Source: the human T2T-CHM13v2.0 reference genome, Homo sapiens. From it: a DNA stretch of 64,000 nt. The DNA lies in assembly GCF_009914755.1 (NCBI RefSeq), contig NC_060932.1, one strand, 5' to 3'. The position numbers and the translations under genes are program-made. The notes below the pieces were generated by a model. The model made no database searches. It had not been told where the DNA came from and saw only the letters and a program-made list of their open reading frames with translations. This document shows positions 12,316 through 27,315 of the stretch, in pieces (the first letter of the stretch is position 1; every line of letters starts with the position of its first letter).

Positions 12316-13638
12316 AGTTGAGTACCTTTTAGGTGGATTGTCATCATATTTGAGTGCCTAGCATGGTGTTAGGTGCTGGGGATGTAGCAACAGTCAGCAA
12401 GGGCAGAGTCTCAGTCAGCTCTGTAGAGCTTGTGTGCTGTCATCATAGGTACTTTGAGAAATGCAAAGGTAGACCAGGTAGGATAGGGAATTCTGGCCTC
12501 TAGGAGCTTCCTTAGGGTTGATTACCTATGCTTTTCCTTCTGTGGCAATTGGAGACTCAGTCTGCTGTTGGCCAGAATACTGGATAACTGGCAGGTAACT
12601 CTGCATTGTTAGGAAGGCTGATCAGACTTCAGGTCCCCCATTGAGGAGTTTTACATCTGAATCTTCAGCAGCTGGTCTAAACTGACAATGGCAGGCTTCA
12701 GTAAAATCAGCCATTCAATTTATCTATATTATAAAATGATGAAGGCATGCTCCATCTGGTATCAGATAGAGTACCTTCTAATATTGGTGCATTATCAGTA
12801 CCTTTGTGTGTAGGGGGTCTGCTGTAATGAAAAACAGTAGAGCTCGATTCATCCTAATTACATTTTGAGCAATTTTAGGGGGCTGAAAAGATTGTACTGT
12901 GACAATAAGGTTTTTCCTTCTTACCAAAAGAATTTATAAATGGTACAGAAAATGAAAGATGGCTAGTGGTTTTAGCAGTTCTAATGTTTTTTCTTTTTTT
13001 AGATAAGGAAAAAAACCCCACTCTGATTCTAAAACCCGCTGGAATTTGAACTGTTGCCTGTGTTCTGAAAGTGTCTTGAATTGCTTGGGATCCCAAGCCT
13101 GAAGTTTACAGCATCTCATGGTGTCCAGGTATCCAAGAGGAGTCATAAAGTTCTCCGAAAATTGTGAAAACCATATACTTAAGGGACACACGCATGCAGT
13201 GGAGTATTCTTCGATGGCAGCATTTTCTTTTGCGGGAAATAGCAAATCAGGCAGTAATGAGGTGTAAGGTCAGAAAAACTGCATAGAAATCAATGACTAG
13301 GTGTTCAGAGAAGTTAAAAGAAATTAATAATTTTTCTTCTGTATGATTTTTGCTTTGGGATATTTTGGTTATTTTTTACTGGTTTCGGATGCTATTTTAA
13401 TGAGTATTTTGTTTATATTTTGTAGGCCCATGAATATGAAGGATAACTTAGATTTTAAAAGTTCTTTCTTCTATTCCCCAAGGGCTGATGGACTTAAAAA
13501 TACCTGTCAGTTGAGCCTTCAAAATCTTTTTATTGACAAGTGACTCCTGACTTCAGGCCTAATTGGTTCCTGAATGTTTAGTCTTGGGGCATGGTCATAA
13601 CACAAACTCTTACTTCCTGCAGGCTGTGTTATCTGTAA

Positions 13639-13961
<323 letters not shown>

Positions 13962-14352
13962 AAAGCTTGTGTTATATATTGGGCTTCCATTCCTGAAAGC
14001 TGGTTTTATACTATACAAATAACAAAGTCAATATGAAAATGTGTCAAAAATATGAATGTACCTCTTAAATACACATATTAACTATTTCAAACAAAAGTAC
14101 TAAAGATAAAAAAAAGTTATACTGTAAATGTTACTTTCAGGGAATTTTTTTCTGCTGAGGTTGAGTTGACTGAAGCTTTTAAAGTCCAATGTTAAGTCTT
14201 TCTAAAGCATATAGAGGTATTTTTTTTTCCAGTGTTTCAAGGTCTTTTAAATTGTGTTAAAAAACAGAGTTATCTGCTTCCAATTCTATTGCATATGAAA
14301 AGTGTAGAAATGCTGGGAAGTTTGTTAATTGCTAAAAGTTGAAGGAGGGACA

Positions 14353-14366
14353 GTTTCCATGGCAAC
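14353..14366. promoter_or_regulatory. RFX X-box motif GTTTCCATGGCAAC
   Basis: 13/14 match to the palindromic X-box GTTGCCATGGCAAC in non-repeat sequence; function untested. Confidence 0.45.
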
Positions 14367-15925
14367 TTCTTCAGTAACCCATGCTCTGATATTTCAGAAG
14401 GATATTCTTTGCTGAGCTGTGAATGCAGTATTAAGAATTCAATCAAATCTTCAGAATGTGAAGAGCAATTGCTAAAGAAAATCATTAGCCCTGTGCACAG
14501 TTAGACCAAACAGCTGGCTGGGTCTGGGCTGTCCCGTATTGAGTCAGCCTTACCTGTCCACTAATCAAGGCGTTGCCTTCTGGACATAGTCCTTGGTGAG
14601 TCTGCTAGCCGTCTGGTTTTGGTCATCCCTATGAAAGTCTTAGGAAAGGCAGTAACAGGTTGAGCTGTCTTTGATTGAGTTAGATTCATGACTGAATATC
14701 ATTAGGGTGTATTCCTTTAATCTGTATGTGTTGGGAAATGATTTGTGTGTCTGAAGAAAGTAAGCAACATATAAATTTTGTCTAAAAGGCCGCATTTATG
14801 CTGTAATAATTTTCTCGTTTTACTTTTAAATAAGGGGACAAACCAGGGCCTGACATTATCTTGTAATAACGAGTACTGAGCATAGAATTTTATGTGTCCA
14901 TGTCTGTGCCTTCATGAATTGTCAGATTCTACAGACATGACCTGAAAGGGAGATCTTTTATCTCCCATGTTTTCAAAGATGAAACCCATCTACATGTGAA
15001 TGAGATGATATAAAATTATTTTCTTCAAACATTTTTGGGTACTTACATTTTCTTACTGATCTTCTCGACTAGATTTTGTGCTTTGTAGGGTTGTGCACGT
15101 ATAAAGTACTGAAGTATTTATGGATTTTATAATATGTTGACTCATTTTCTGGTTGAATTTATATTTTCAAAAATTATTAAATTATATTAAAGGAAGAGAA
15201 ACAATCATCTTGCATTATTGCTAATAGTCAAGTAAACATCAATCTCTAAATGAGCGTGTTAAGTATAGTACATATTTGCTTGCCTAGCACTATGCCATAG
15301 GGATCAAAAGGAAATGTAAGAAATGATGCCTGCATCGTTTAAGTTGCCCAGTCTGATTTTATAACCTCTTATTCATAGTTGAAAAGCAATATGACGTGAA
15401 TTTAATTAGGTTTTCACTTAACAAGGCAGTCTACTCCGTTTTTTTCATTCATTCTGTTTTCTCGTGTTAGATGGCATTTCTGATATTTATAGTCTTTGGT
15501 CATTCCCCTACCCAGGTTTTCCAATTTTATAAGGTGTCATTTCTGGAGCAAGGTATAATTTAACCCTTACCTACCCTTAGGACACCATATGATATAAATT
15601 AACTTATCCTGACTTCCATAACCACAGAAGGGAACCTGCTTGGAGGCAGGGTCTCACTGTCACCCAGGCTAGTTCTGACCAGTTAACTTGGTTGGGAAAA
15701 TGGGGACATATTGACGGAAGAAATCCTTTTAAAACCAGTCAAGCCTCCAGTAAGTTTCAAGAAATAGGAAGAAAAATGTAGTGTTCATTACATGAATATG
15801 AAAATCATCTATGATTATGCCTTTCTGATGTCTGTTCAGAATCTCAAGGAGGGGAGAAGAAAGAAAAAAAAAAGCCCCCCCGCCCCGCCAGCTACAGCCT
15901 TGACAACTATCAGAATTGCACAGGA

Positions 15926-16229
15926 GGCCAGGCGTGTAATCCCAGTACTTTGGGAGGCCGAGGTGGGTGGATTGCTTGAGCTTGGGTGTTCAAGACCAGC
16001 TTGGGCAACATAGCAAAACCCTGTCTCTACTATATATATGTGTATATATATATATATATATATAAATTAGTCGGGTGTGGCAGTGTGTGCCTGTGGTCCC
16101 AACTATTCAGAAGGCTGAGATGGGAGGATCGCTTGAGCCTGGGAGGTGGAGGTTGCAGTGAGCCAAGATCCGAGCTACTGCACTCCAACCTGGGTGACAG
16201 TGAGACCCCGCCTCCAAAAAAAAAAAAAA
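15926..16229 (+). mobile_element. AluJb with (TA)n expansion in the central linker and a short 5' deletion
   Basis: ggccaggcg|tgtaatccc lacks ggtggctcacgcc; J-type gattgcttgagc and gggaggatcgcttgagcc; A14 tail. Confidence 0.9.
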
Positions 16230-16779
16230 TCTGTATGGTAACTTCAGTTGGGCCTGCCTCTGCTCACCCGCCCATCTTTAGGAAGCCAGTCTTAGAAAGA
16301 CAGTGGCTGGCCAGAGGCCTCCCTCCCCAACACTCCTTTCCCCCAACACTCCTTTTTCAAACTTCTGTGGTTATGGAAGTCAGGATTTGAAAAGAGATTT
16401 AGCAATGTTTTTCTCATTCTGTAGTGGTTTTCTTTTTCCGGTTGAAGAGGCTATCCTCTTGGCCTTCATGAAGTAGGTTTTACCACAGCGTTGAAAGTGA
16501 AGTATTAAAATATAAGCTGATAAGAGCAAGGAAGTTTACCAGAAAAATTTCAGTTCACATAGGGCCAAGTAGGTTATTGAGTCGTGCATTCTTTTTGAGT
16601 GGTAGGAAATAGAAGAGAGCCTTGGAGAAGCATTTTCTTACCTGACTTTAGTTCATCTCTGTTTATCTAAGAAATTTCAAATATTCCAGTCTAAGAGATT
16701 TGAAATTCTGTCAAATTTAAGGAGACTGTCTTTCAGTCTCTGAAGTATAGTTATTTAATTGATTAAAAGGTATTTATTA

Positions 16780-17590
<811 letters not shown>

Positions 17591-18524
17591 GTTTATTGAG
17601 CACCTGTTCTTTGGTTCCAGTTGAGCTCCAATGACTGAAACAAAGGCCCTCAGCCTTGAGGGAGCTGACAGGTGAGTTAGAGGTGAGCATGTGATGCTGC
17701 TGGAATAGGGAACACAAGGTCATTGTCATGGATTAGGATGCTGTGGTCCTCAGTGCAGGTGAACTTGAACCTAGCCATGAAAAAGCACCAGAAATGGCTC
17801 TCTTTGTAATTTTCACTTCTCCCCAGCTTCCCCTCCCAATATGTAGTGCTGCCCCACTGCTGCATCCCAAAGCCAATGCCGTGGATCATTTTAACCGGCT
17901 GCTGCTTTAACTGGTTTGTCTTCTGCTCTTTTCCTAAATCCAGCTCTGCTCTTCCTCCTTGGTCTGCACTTGTAAGGCCTTTATTTGATGTGCATGTATC
18001 TCCCATTTTATAGCCCACATCATTTTTCATCTTGGACTATAAATTCAGAGAAGATGTGGGCTATGCACTTTGACCTTCACAGCACCCAGCACAGTAAACC
18101 ATAATGAATGTTTTGGATGAGGATGAGGCTCTGAAGTTGGAAGCTGACATGGCTAATGCCTATTTAATTGAAGGTTATTAATGCCTCTTTAGCAGTGAAG
18201 GCTAGATAGTCTTCTGTTTACAGCAGAGAAGGAACAAGCCCTCAAGCTTTTTCCAGTGGTCTCAAAGAATTCTCTGTCAGGTGTTGCCCCAGTACACACT
18301 GACCTGAACTTAGCATCCCGGAGAATGAAAGGGACAGTTGGGGCAGTGGGGCAGCTTCCCCCCGAGAAGACAAGCGTCTTCTCCTCTGGGTTCATGGTTC
18401 CCAGGTGGGAATTCAGGGCGGGGGTAAGTCAGAATATTTATGTTCTAGTTCAGCTTATTAAATATGAGATTTTCCATCTCTTAGTGAATAGAGTTTGCCT
18501 TCTGTCCAGCATGATAGTTCTAAG

Positions 18525-18633
18525 TAGGGCGACCATATGTCCCAGTTTTAATACCTATTTGCCTGGATTAATTATTAATAGCTCCCCCTTTAAGAGTGCC
18601 CTGGTTTGGATGATAAATATTATTGCTATCCTT
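18525..18633 (-). mobile_element. MER94 (hAT-Blackjack MITE)
   Basis: tagggcgaccatatgtcccagttt...taattattaatagctcccccttt...gtgccctggtttggatgataaat. Confidence 0.7.
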
Positions 18634-20149
18634 GTTACAAGGGGGAACATATAGAGAGGATAGTTATACAGGGGAAGGTGGGGAGAAAGAGGGAGGGGAA
18701 CTTAGGCAGGCTGCTGGAGATTCAGAAGATAAGGAATGTGAGAAATAGCTGTGTAGTCAAACATTTAGATGTTTTTTGGATGGAAAAAATTATTTGGCTT
18801 TTAAATGATAAGCTAGTCTAATAAGTTAGGATTTGAAAGTCTTGATCAAAGGGAGATTTTATTTTATCAGTCATAGTATAGGATCTTTTAGTGCAGGTTA
18901 ACAGGTTAATGTGTATACTCAGAGCTTCAGGTATTTTATGGCTAAAGACAAAAGACTTTAATGTACAAATATGTGTATATATCTCACATTTGTTTCTTTA
19001 ACTATGAAAATGAACTTAGTCTGTTTAAAATCCTGTTTTTATTTGCATATGTATTTAACTTAGATAATGGTGTAATGGATATTCAATATTGATTAACCTT
19101 AGGTATGAGGAAAAGCCACATTGGTAATGAAGGAAATTAGGTAGGACCATATTAATTCCTTCATATTTGTTAAGGGAACATCATGTAATCTGAACAAAAT
19201 AAGTGTTTTATAATCAGGTGTTATTTTGGAATTTTTATATTCAAAGTTTTTGTTTAAATCAGTTTGAGCTGGTTTTCGGTGAAGGAGTTGTATCAATATC
19301 ACTTTAAATCAATGGAAAGTCTAAACACAGGGTGCTCTAGGGTTGCTCCATCAAGCAGCCCGGCAGTCTTAGCCGCATCCTGTGTCTTTCCATTTCTCTT
19401 TGGCGTCCCTGGTGTGTGCTTCAGCCTGAGCCAAATGCTCACCTTGCTCTGGGGAAGCCATCATATTTGAGTTTTTAAAAATCATAACAGTATGTGTATA
19501 TGAGTGTGTATTATAAGTGCGTGTTCCTTGTGTACTTACAAATAAATTTATAATTTTTCAAAGTTATCTGGCGGTATTGCTTTACATTTTGAAAGAGCAT
19601 TACAGTTTTAGAAATGACTATTTATGTCATTGGATCAGCAAACAATTTTACAGGATGCAGAAATTATCGATTGTATTCTGTATGTTAGTGACTTACTCGA
19701 GATGCTAGAGCTGTCAGAATGAACTTAGACTAAAACCCAGGTCTTCTGACTCTATGTCCATCACCCTACCCATGATATTGACTTGTAGATGTCTTGCCCA
19801 GTAAGTATATTTCAGAAAGAATTTTTCTTTTACAATTGCTTTTCTGTTTTGGTTTAATTTGATGTTGTCCTACAGTATTCCTTGTTAGGAAAAAAAAATA
19901 ACCTCGGTGCCTTTGGGCTAATTGGATGTGTACTTACCTATCTGCAAAGTGTACTTACTGATGCAAAATTATCACCATCCTACCGGTATACCTTGATGGT
20001 GGTCTCAGTTCAAACATCCTTTTGACAACTCTGCCTCAGTTGCTGTCTCAGTACATTTGTACCATAGGAGCTTTTCTGTCTGTATTCTTTACCTCTTGTC
20101 CTTCCTGCTTGCTGACTGTCTTTTCTATTCTAACCTCCACTTAAAAGAC

Positions 20150-20455
20150 TTATGCTCATCCTTCAAGAACTACCTGAAATGCTGCCGCCTCAATGATGTT
20201 TTCTCTGTTCGTTCTAGCGATCGCTCTTTTCTCTCTTGAGTTCCTGTAGTGCCTTGAATTTCTCTTCTGGCCCTTATCATACCCTGCTTTACACCACAGC
20301 CATTTGTCTTTATTATATTCCTCCCTACAAGATTGTGGTGAGCTTCTCAAGGGCACTGGCCATTTCTCATTCATCTTGGTGTCCCCACAGCACTTTGCAC
20401 AGTGCCACATCCCTTGGAAACTCTGCAGTTCATTTTGTTTTAAATAAATGAATGG
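20150..20455 (+). mobile_element. L2 3' end
   Basis: ctcatccttcaagaactacctg...gattgtggtgagcttctcaagggca...tgtccccacagcactttgcacagtgcc...aaataaatgaatg. Confidence 0.6.
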
Positions 20456-21339
20456 GTTTAGACATGGTTACACCCACTCATAAGATATGAGGTGATTGTA
20501 GATTTTTACAGCATATGGAGATTACAGAGAACCTTATATTGGTATAATTATCACCTGGTTTGTGCATAATTAAAAATGTAATTGTATATTTTTATGCAAT
20601 AGGTTATCATGTACTGTTTTAAGTGTGTACAGTTTTTTATGGGCCTACCATTTAGTTAAATTGCATAGATGCTTTTTAGAATGCTACTGTGAAGAAGTGC
20701 AGAGTTGAGGTCGTTTTTAGAAGCTCAGTGAGTTGGCCCCTTTTGCTCTCTGTATTATCCTGTTAGGCTAAGCTGCAGCACAGCTGTCCCACCTGACTAG
20801 CTTTCCTCCTGTGGCTCTTATTGTCATTGCATTAGCTGAGAGAACAGGTTTTAAGATTTTTAACTCTTCTCTGCCTAGCCTAGGTTTCAGAAATATTTTA
20901 GAGGGTTTTTAGAAAGTCGAAATTCAGTGGATAAGACTTTTGATAGTTTTCAGGTTCTCTTTGTTTTATGTAACCTTCGGTTTTTAAAAATGTTTACATT
21001 TCACTCCATTTTCTTCTAATCCTGTAGATATGGGACTGGCCTAGGATCTGGCGTTTTAAATAATCTTTTCACTTCCCCTTCCCCCAACAAGGTAATTCTG
21101 ATGTCAGGGAGACAGGGAAAAATTCACCTCGAGAAACACCATGACAGGTCAGTATTGGGGAATGAGGACTTGAGATTTGCCTTTCAAAATGAGTAAGGTT
21201 TAAGTGGATGGAGAGGAGATGATTTCCTTGTGGAGGTAAGAAATGGAGCAAAGTCTAAGGTGAGAATGAGCATGTAATATTAGGAGAGAAGGAGGGTAAG
21301 GAGGATGCTAACCAGCTTTCAGTGGAAGATTATTTTAGA

Positions 21340-21510
21340 GCAATGTTCTCAAACTGTGGGTACATTAGAAGTGTACCATGGGCTTGTTAAATAGCCACAT
21401 TCCTGCCTTCCACCCCGACCCTGAAATTGCTTGTTTGGGCATTCTGTGGGCTTAGGGTGGTGGCCTGGGCGTCGGCATTTCTAACAGACATCCAGCTGAA
21501 CTTGGTGTGA
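21340..21510. mobile_element. MER5-family hAT-Charlie MITE (degenerate)
   Basis: caatgttctcaaactgtgggtacattagaa...gcttgttaaat...ggtggtggcctgggcgtcggcatttctaaca. Confidence 0.6.
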
Positions 21511-23444
21511 TGGAATCCCTGCTTTATGGAATAAAAGAGGGTCTGCTGACAAGGCAGCAGGGACTGCATTTTGGCAGTCCTTACTGTGTTAGATGAGGTT
21601 TCGGAGTTAAGATGGGGACACTAGAACTCTAGCTGGGAAATCAGGTGCAGGGATGCTGCATAATCCCCTGAGGTGATGCGTGCAGCGAGGCAACAGCGGT
21701 CAGGCTCTACAGGGTAGAATTTATTCTCAGAAGAAGGTATAGACCGCTGACAAAGGAGTTCACTCCTCTGTAAACTGTTAAGGAATTGCAAAGAAATTTT
21801 CCATTTGTAATCTGCTGACATATTTTAGAAAGGTAGCCTCCTTAATCCACCCCTCTAAAGACCTGATGGTGGTCCCTCACAGGTATCCAAAGTAGCCTTA
21901 AATCAGAGACTGGACTAGTTGGAGGATGTGACTTGGAATCTATGAACCCTGGATGTACTTGAGGGCAACTCACTTGAAACTTTGGAATTTCATGTGGATG
22001 CATGTTTTCTGGAGAGAGGTCCTAGAGTCTTGACCATATTCTCAGACATGCCCTTACTTGGATTTAGGATAAGATGATTTAGTACTTGGCTCATTGGGTG
22101 GCTGGCTTTCTCTCTCCTCTCTTTTTTAAAAACCCAGAACAAATTCCTATTAGTGAAAAAGAAACAATAGCTTGAAGAACAAAGAAGGCCCCAGACCATA
22201 AGATAGAATGATAGAAGAGCCCTAGATTTTCCAACAGATGACCCTCCCTTTATTTTTGCTTGGGTGGGTGTGCCATTATTAATAATAAGCCAGGGGAATA
22301 GGGGATTGAGAAGCTCTTTGTAGAATGTGTAATGAATTTTTCTGTTCCTTGTGGAGCAGTTTCAGTGGTTTCAGCTGAAGTACACAGAGAGGGCTATGTT
22401 AACAGTAAGGAGGTGAATTACTAGTTATTGCTATCAAGTTTGGAGCTGGGGAGAAAGCGGGTGTATGAAACAGGACCATGTGTGAATGGATTTCTCAAGT
22501 GTTTCATTAAAGATCCGTCAGAACGGTTAGCACTCTAACCATGCTTCAGTCTCTGGCTTCTGATTCCTTTGTGGAATTAAAAATGCTTTTGGGAAGAGGG
22601 GCTAAACAAGCCTTTTGTCTGAATTTCCATGTATTGATTAGTGGACCCAGCAGAGCATCCTGCTGTGAATTCTGTCTGCTGATGGTAACTCTTACAATGA
22701 GCAAAGCTTTTCTGAACTGGCATTTTCCACTCAGCCTGTAGGCTGCTGTATTGGGTGTGACAATTTTTTAAAAGCCATCATGCTAGAATGAAAATGAGCC
22801 ATTTCTAAATGGCCTATTGATTTGCAAAACCTTTTTGTGTTGGATTGAATGGTTTCATATCTCAGCTGAGGGAAAAAGATGCAGGCTATTTTTAATTTAT
22901 TGTTATTTTATCTTAAAGATTTGAGTTGACAACGTTTTGGTCATGATGTTTACCTACTGTTGAAAGGTCTACTTGCATGTCATGACTTGATAATAAATGT
23001 AAAACTCTGGTTCATTAGCTTACACTATAAAAGAGTTCTACAGCTCCACTTACAGTGTGAGCCACAGTCAGTAAATATGGATCCAGAAGTCCTAATTATG
23101 ACTCAAGCTCACCCATAAACTTGGGGACCACCTTCGCACCAACGCTGTCCACTGGGCTATTTATGGAAGAAGCCACTAGGAACTGTTAGGCGGCTCCATG
23201 TGTCTGGCTAACAGGGTCTTTATTCATTCACCTCATCACGGTATTCAGTCTTGATGCTAGTGTGCACGCTTCCTAAGAATTACAGATGGGAATAAAAGGT
23301 GTCTGGGTATACCTGGGGAGTATATGTTTTTGCCTGCTGATATAGGATACTAGGGTAGCTTGTATGCAAAAGCATGAGCGTCTAGGTTTAAAGGATTCTT
23401 TTTGTTAATATCTGAGTTGACTTGGTATGGATCCTTGTTTGATT

Positions 23445-23769
23445 TTTTTTTTTTTTAATTTTTATGTATGTATGTATTTGCTTTTGAGACAGGGTCTTGC
23501 TCTGTTGCCCAGGCTGGCATGCAGTGGCATGATCACAGTTCACTGCAGCCTCGACCTCCTGCTGCTCAAGTGATCCTCCCACCTGAGCCTCCCAAGTAGC
23601 TGGAACTACAGGCGCACACCACCACACCTGGCTAATTTTGTTTAATTTTTTGTAGAGATGGTTTTGCTATGTTGCCCAGGCTGGTCTCAAACTCCTGGGC
23701 TCAGGCCATCCTGCCTGCCTCAGCTTTCCAAAGTGCTGGGATTACAGGCGTGAGCCACCACGCCAAGTC
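23445..23769 (-). mobile_element. AluJ (Jo/Jr-like)
   Basis: gatcacagttcactgcagcctcgacctcc, tttgctatgttgcccagg; TSD tccttg(t/a)ttgatttt. Confidence 0.92.
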
Positions 23770-24006
23770 CTTGATTGATTTTCTTAACCCCTTGATGGCA
23801 GCTTTTGTAGATGTTTCTTACTTCCAACAATAATAATAATGATAAATAATAAACATAGTTGAAATAACTACTATTTGCTAGGTGGAGCAATTTCAGTGGT
23901 CTCAACTGAAGTAGCTGATTTTTGTAAAATGCAGAAATTAAAATCAAAATGAAAAACAGGATGGTTTTCCCAGCCTCTCTGTACAATTTTGATTAGGGTA
24001 CAGTTA

Positions 24007-24170
24007 CAGGTTGGGCATCCCAAACCCAAAAATCTGAAATGCTCCAAAATTCAAAACTTCTTGAGCACTGACATAATGCACAAAGGAAATGCTCACGGGA
24101 GCATTTTGGATCTCAGATTTTCAGATTTGGGATTCTCAACTGGTAAGAATAATGCATACATTTCAAAATG
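24007..24170 (-). mobile_element. Tigger4a (Zombi/MER46) partial copy
   Basis: TA|caggttgggcatccc...aatctgaaatgctccaaaattc...ggagcattttggatctcagattttcagatttgggattctcaactgg; truncated on the right. Confidence 0.85.
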
Positions 24171-25916
24171 TTTCCCCAGACATGAAGGGTCAAAGAGAAA
24201 GTTCATTCTAAGAGTCACAGATGCTTTTTGCTGCAGATAGATGATATGATTCATCTTGACAGAGGGATTCTTCTCTAATCTGCAGACAGGAGTGAGCAAA
24301 GTGCCACCTTTTCACTTGTTTTAAACCTGTACTTTACTCCAACACTTCAGTATCTCCTTTTTCTCTTCTTGAAGTGGCATGAATCTTAGGGAAAGGTGAG
24401 GAGCTCCTAGAAGTAGCTGTCACCAGAAACGGGCCAATGAACTTCCTGGTCCAAGTCTTCTGTTTAAACTCCCAGTTTTAACATTGAGCGTCTGCTTTGC
24501 AATGAACATGAAACAAGGAATTTGCAGCATTGAGGGTCGTACGCTTCACTGACTTGAGGTCAGTGTTGCTGGTAAGTAGGCCTATGGCAGTGAAAAAGCT
24601 TTGACCCCAATTCCGTGGGGGACAGAACTTCCTAGAGCATTCTAGAAAACAGGGTACACGTGGAGTAGATGCCATATTCAGTGCGATTTTGCAGCATAAT
24701 GTTGTGTTGTGGAAACTTCCCTCTTACCACTGTGCCCCAGTAAATTGAACTCGAAGGTGCCTCTGTACCTTTTGTCTCTTGTATAGGAAATTATATCTGT
24801 CAGAAACATTTCTTAGGTAATCTGAGTATAGGAATCTAAAAACTGAGTACTCTTGTACTAAAATGAGACACCAGTTTCTCAGGAAAACTTAAGGAAAGCA
24901 TGTTATTTAAAAACAATTTTGAATATTTCTAAACTTTCTCCTTTGCATTTTTTTCTCCAACCAGAGGCCTTGGCTTAGATAAAATAAACTAATAAAATCT
25001 TTTTTTCTTTTCTTGTTTCCTGTTGTTGAATGACAACCTCCCTGAGCAGCCTGGTGGCTTGGAGGCTCTGATGTGAAGTATAGAATAGGTGGAGGGCGAA
25101 TAACAAAAGCCTTATCATGTAGATAGCCCTGAAATGGGACCACAGTCTTTATCTTTGAGAACTGTCCAGTGACTGCTGCAAACTGGGCAGCTCTTTTGGA
25201 AATGAGCAGTCTCTGATACAGCTGGTAGGTAGAACCAATTTGGCCCCTAATAGGCTAACTGGAGCCAGTAGTTTAAGGGGGTGATTATTAATTTGCCTTG
25301 TGTTTGTCTTCATTTAGAGTAAGTTCATCAGGCTATGTTTTCATGGTACCTTGCATCAAGGAAAATGTGGTTCTGTAAGTCTTCATATCAGTTTCTCTTC
25401 GAGAGTAGGAGTAATAATGCATATATGTTTGCATATTTCCAAATGCCTTTGTTTAGGGACTCAATAAGTATTTACTATTAAATTTGATTTTTTAGTTGAA
25501 TAAACATGTTTTAAACAAAAATTATTTCCTAATTTTGACTCAGAGCCTAGAAACTGTTATAATGTGTGGCATATACACTTCTTTTTTAGCTAAGAGTAGA
25601 GTTAGAATCTACTTTCTAATTCATCCATTTTGAACGTTGAACCTGAAATCCAGCTCATCTTTAAGATTGTTGTATCTGCTAGGTTTGGAATTTTAAACTT
25701 GGAATTTTGGGGTCTCCTTGGTGGTGTATAGTACTTCCAGATATAGACAGCATAGATGGGTCTCTTAGCTCATCTGAAAATGGGAGCTCAAAATTTTTTC
25801 AAAGATCTCATATTTACAAATGAATAAGTATAATGTAAAATGCAAAAATGAAAATCAAAATGAAAACAGGGTGGTTTTCCTAGCCTCTCACTAGGATTTT
25901 GATTAAAATACAGTTA

Positions 25917-26145
25917 CAGGTTGGGGTTCCAAAAATCCAAAAATCTGAAATGCTCCAGAATTCAAAACTTTTTGAGCACTGACGTGACACACAAAGAAAT
26001 GCTCACGGGAGCATTTTGGGTCTTGGATTTTCAGATTTGAGATTCTCAGCTGGTGAGGATAATGCAAATATTGGAAAATGTGAAAAAATATGAAATCCAA
26101 CACACTTCTTGTCCAAAGCATTTTGGATAAGGGACACTCAACCCG
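25917..26145 (-). mobile_element. Tigger4a (Zombi/MER46), complete
   Basis: TA|caggttgggg...aaacacacttcttgtccaaagcattttggataagggacactcaacccg; both TIRs present. Confidence 0.88.
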
Positions 26146-27079
26146 TTTAATCCAAGCACTTGGTGGAGAATGTTGACAGTCACTTTCAGAGGTAGACAAA
26201 TTCCACTGGCAAGTTTAATGACTGATGGTATTATTATTGTTAACTCACACTTGTGTCAAAGGTGCTTGTGACATAGGGAGTTTTGCTCTCTCCAGCATGT
26301 CCATTGACTTGAGCTGGTTCCCGCTCAACACACAGACCTCAGGGCCCTGGGGAAATAACTTAGGCAGCCCAAACAAGACCCCTGACCTCTGCTGTATAGG
26401 CAGATTTCATTAGCAAATCAGAAATGTTCTATTTAAAGTATATTACAGTGATTCATTGTAGATTAACTCACAAATCAAGACAGACCAGTGCCCTTTTGTG
26501 ATTATTTTTCATCAGCCTCAGGAGCCTCTAGAAGCCTCCTGTGGAGGTCTCACGCATGGGGTGACAGGAGTCAAAGTGCTTCCTGCTGATGGGTGTCCTG
26601 ATTTTTTTCTAGGTCTAATAGTATCAGCTGTGGGTTCCTTCCTGTAGTCTTTGTGATCATCTGACTGGCAAGGTCTCCAGGTATCCACAGCTCACAAGTT
26701 ACTATTGGCGAGGGCTTGGAACTTGCCTCCTGCCCAGCCAGTGATAGCATGTTCATGCAAGTCCCCACTGGCCAGCAGGGCTGCTGGAATAGTAGATGGC
26801 TCTCCCTGGGGAGTTCTGCCTGGTTCAAGCATCATTACCGTGGGGAGGATTTCTTTGACCCACACCTAGTCTAGGCAGGTGGTGCAAGTGCAGAGACACC
26901 TGTCACAGCCTTGCTGTGGGTTGCATCACATTCCTCCTAAAAGCTCCAAGAAGTTCACTTCTCACTCACTAAGTGGGATTGAGAGAAAACCTGCCTGTAG
27001 TTACAATTTTCCTAATCGAAACTCACCTCTTTTCAGTAGGACAGTACAAAACAGGCTACTTTCTCAGTAAATAATTACT

Positions 27080-27315
27080 AATAACTAACACTGATATACT
27101 GCCTGTTTACTATGTGCCAAGTACCTATTCCAAGCATTCTGTGTATTTTAAGTCATTGAATCCTCCCAGCAATCTCATGAGACAGGTATACTATTATTAG
27201 CCCTAGTTTACAGGCGAAGAAACCGGAGACAGAGCAGTTCAGTAACTTGTCCAAGGTCTCCAGTCCAGTGGAACCTGGAATAACTCATCCAGCTCCAAGG
27301 CCCACCTCCTCACCT
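27080..27315 (-). mobile_element. MIR (MIRb-like), near full length
   Basis: tttactatgtgccaag...tcattgaatcctcccagcaatctcatgagacaggta...tttacaggcgaagaaaccggagacagag...taacttgtccaaggtc. Confidence 0.8.
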
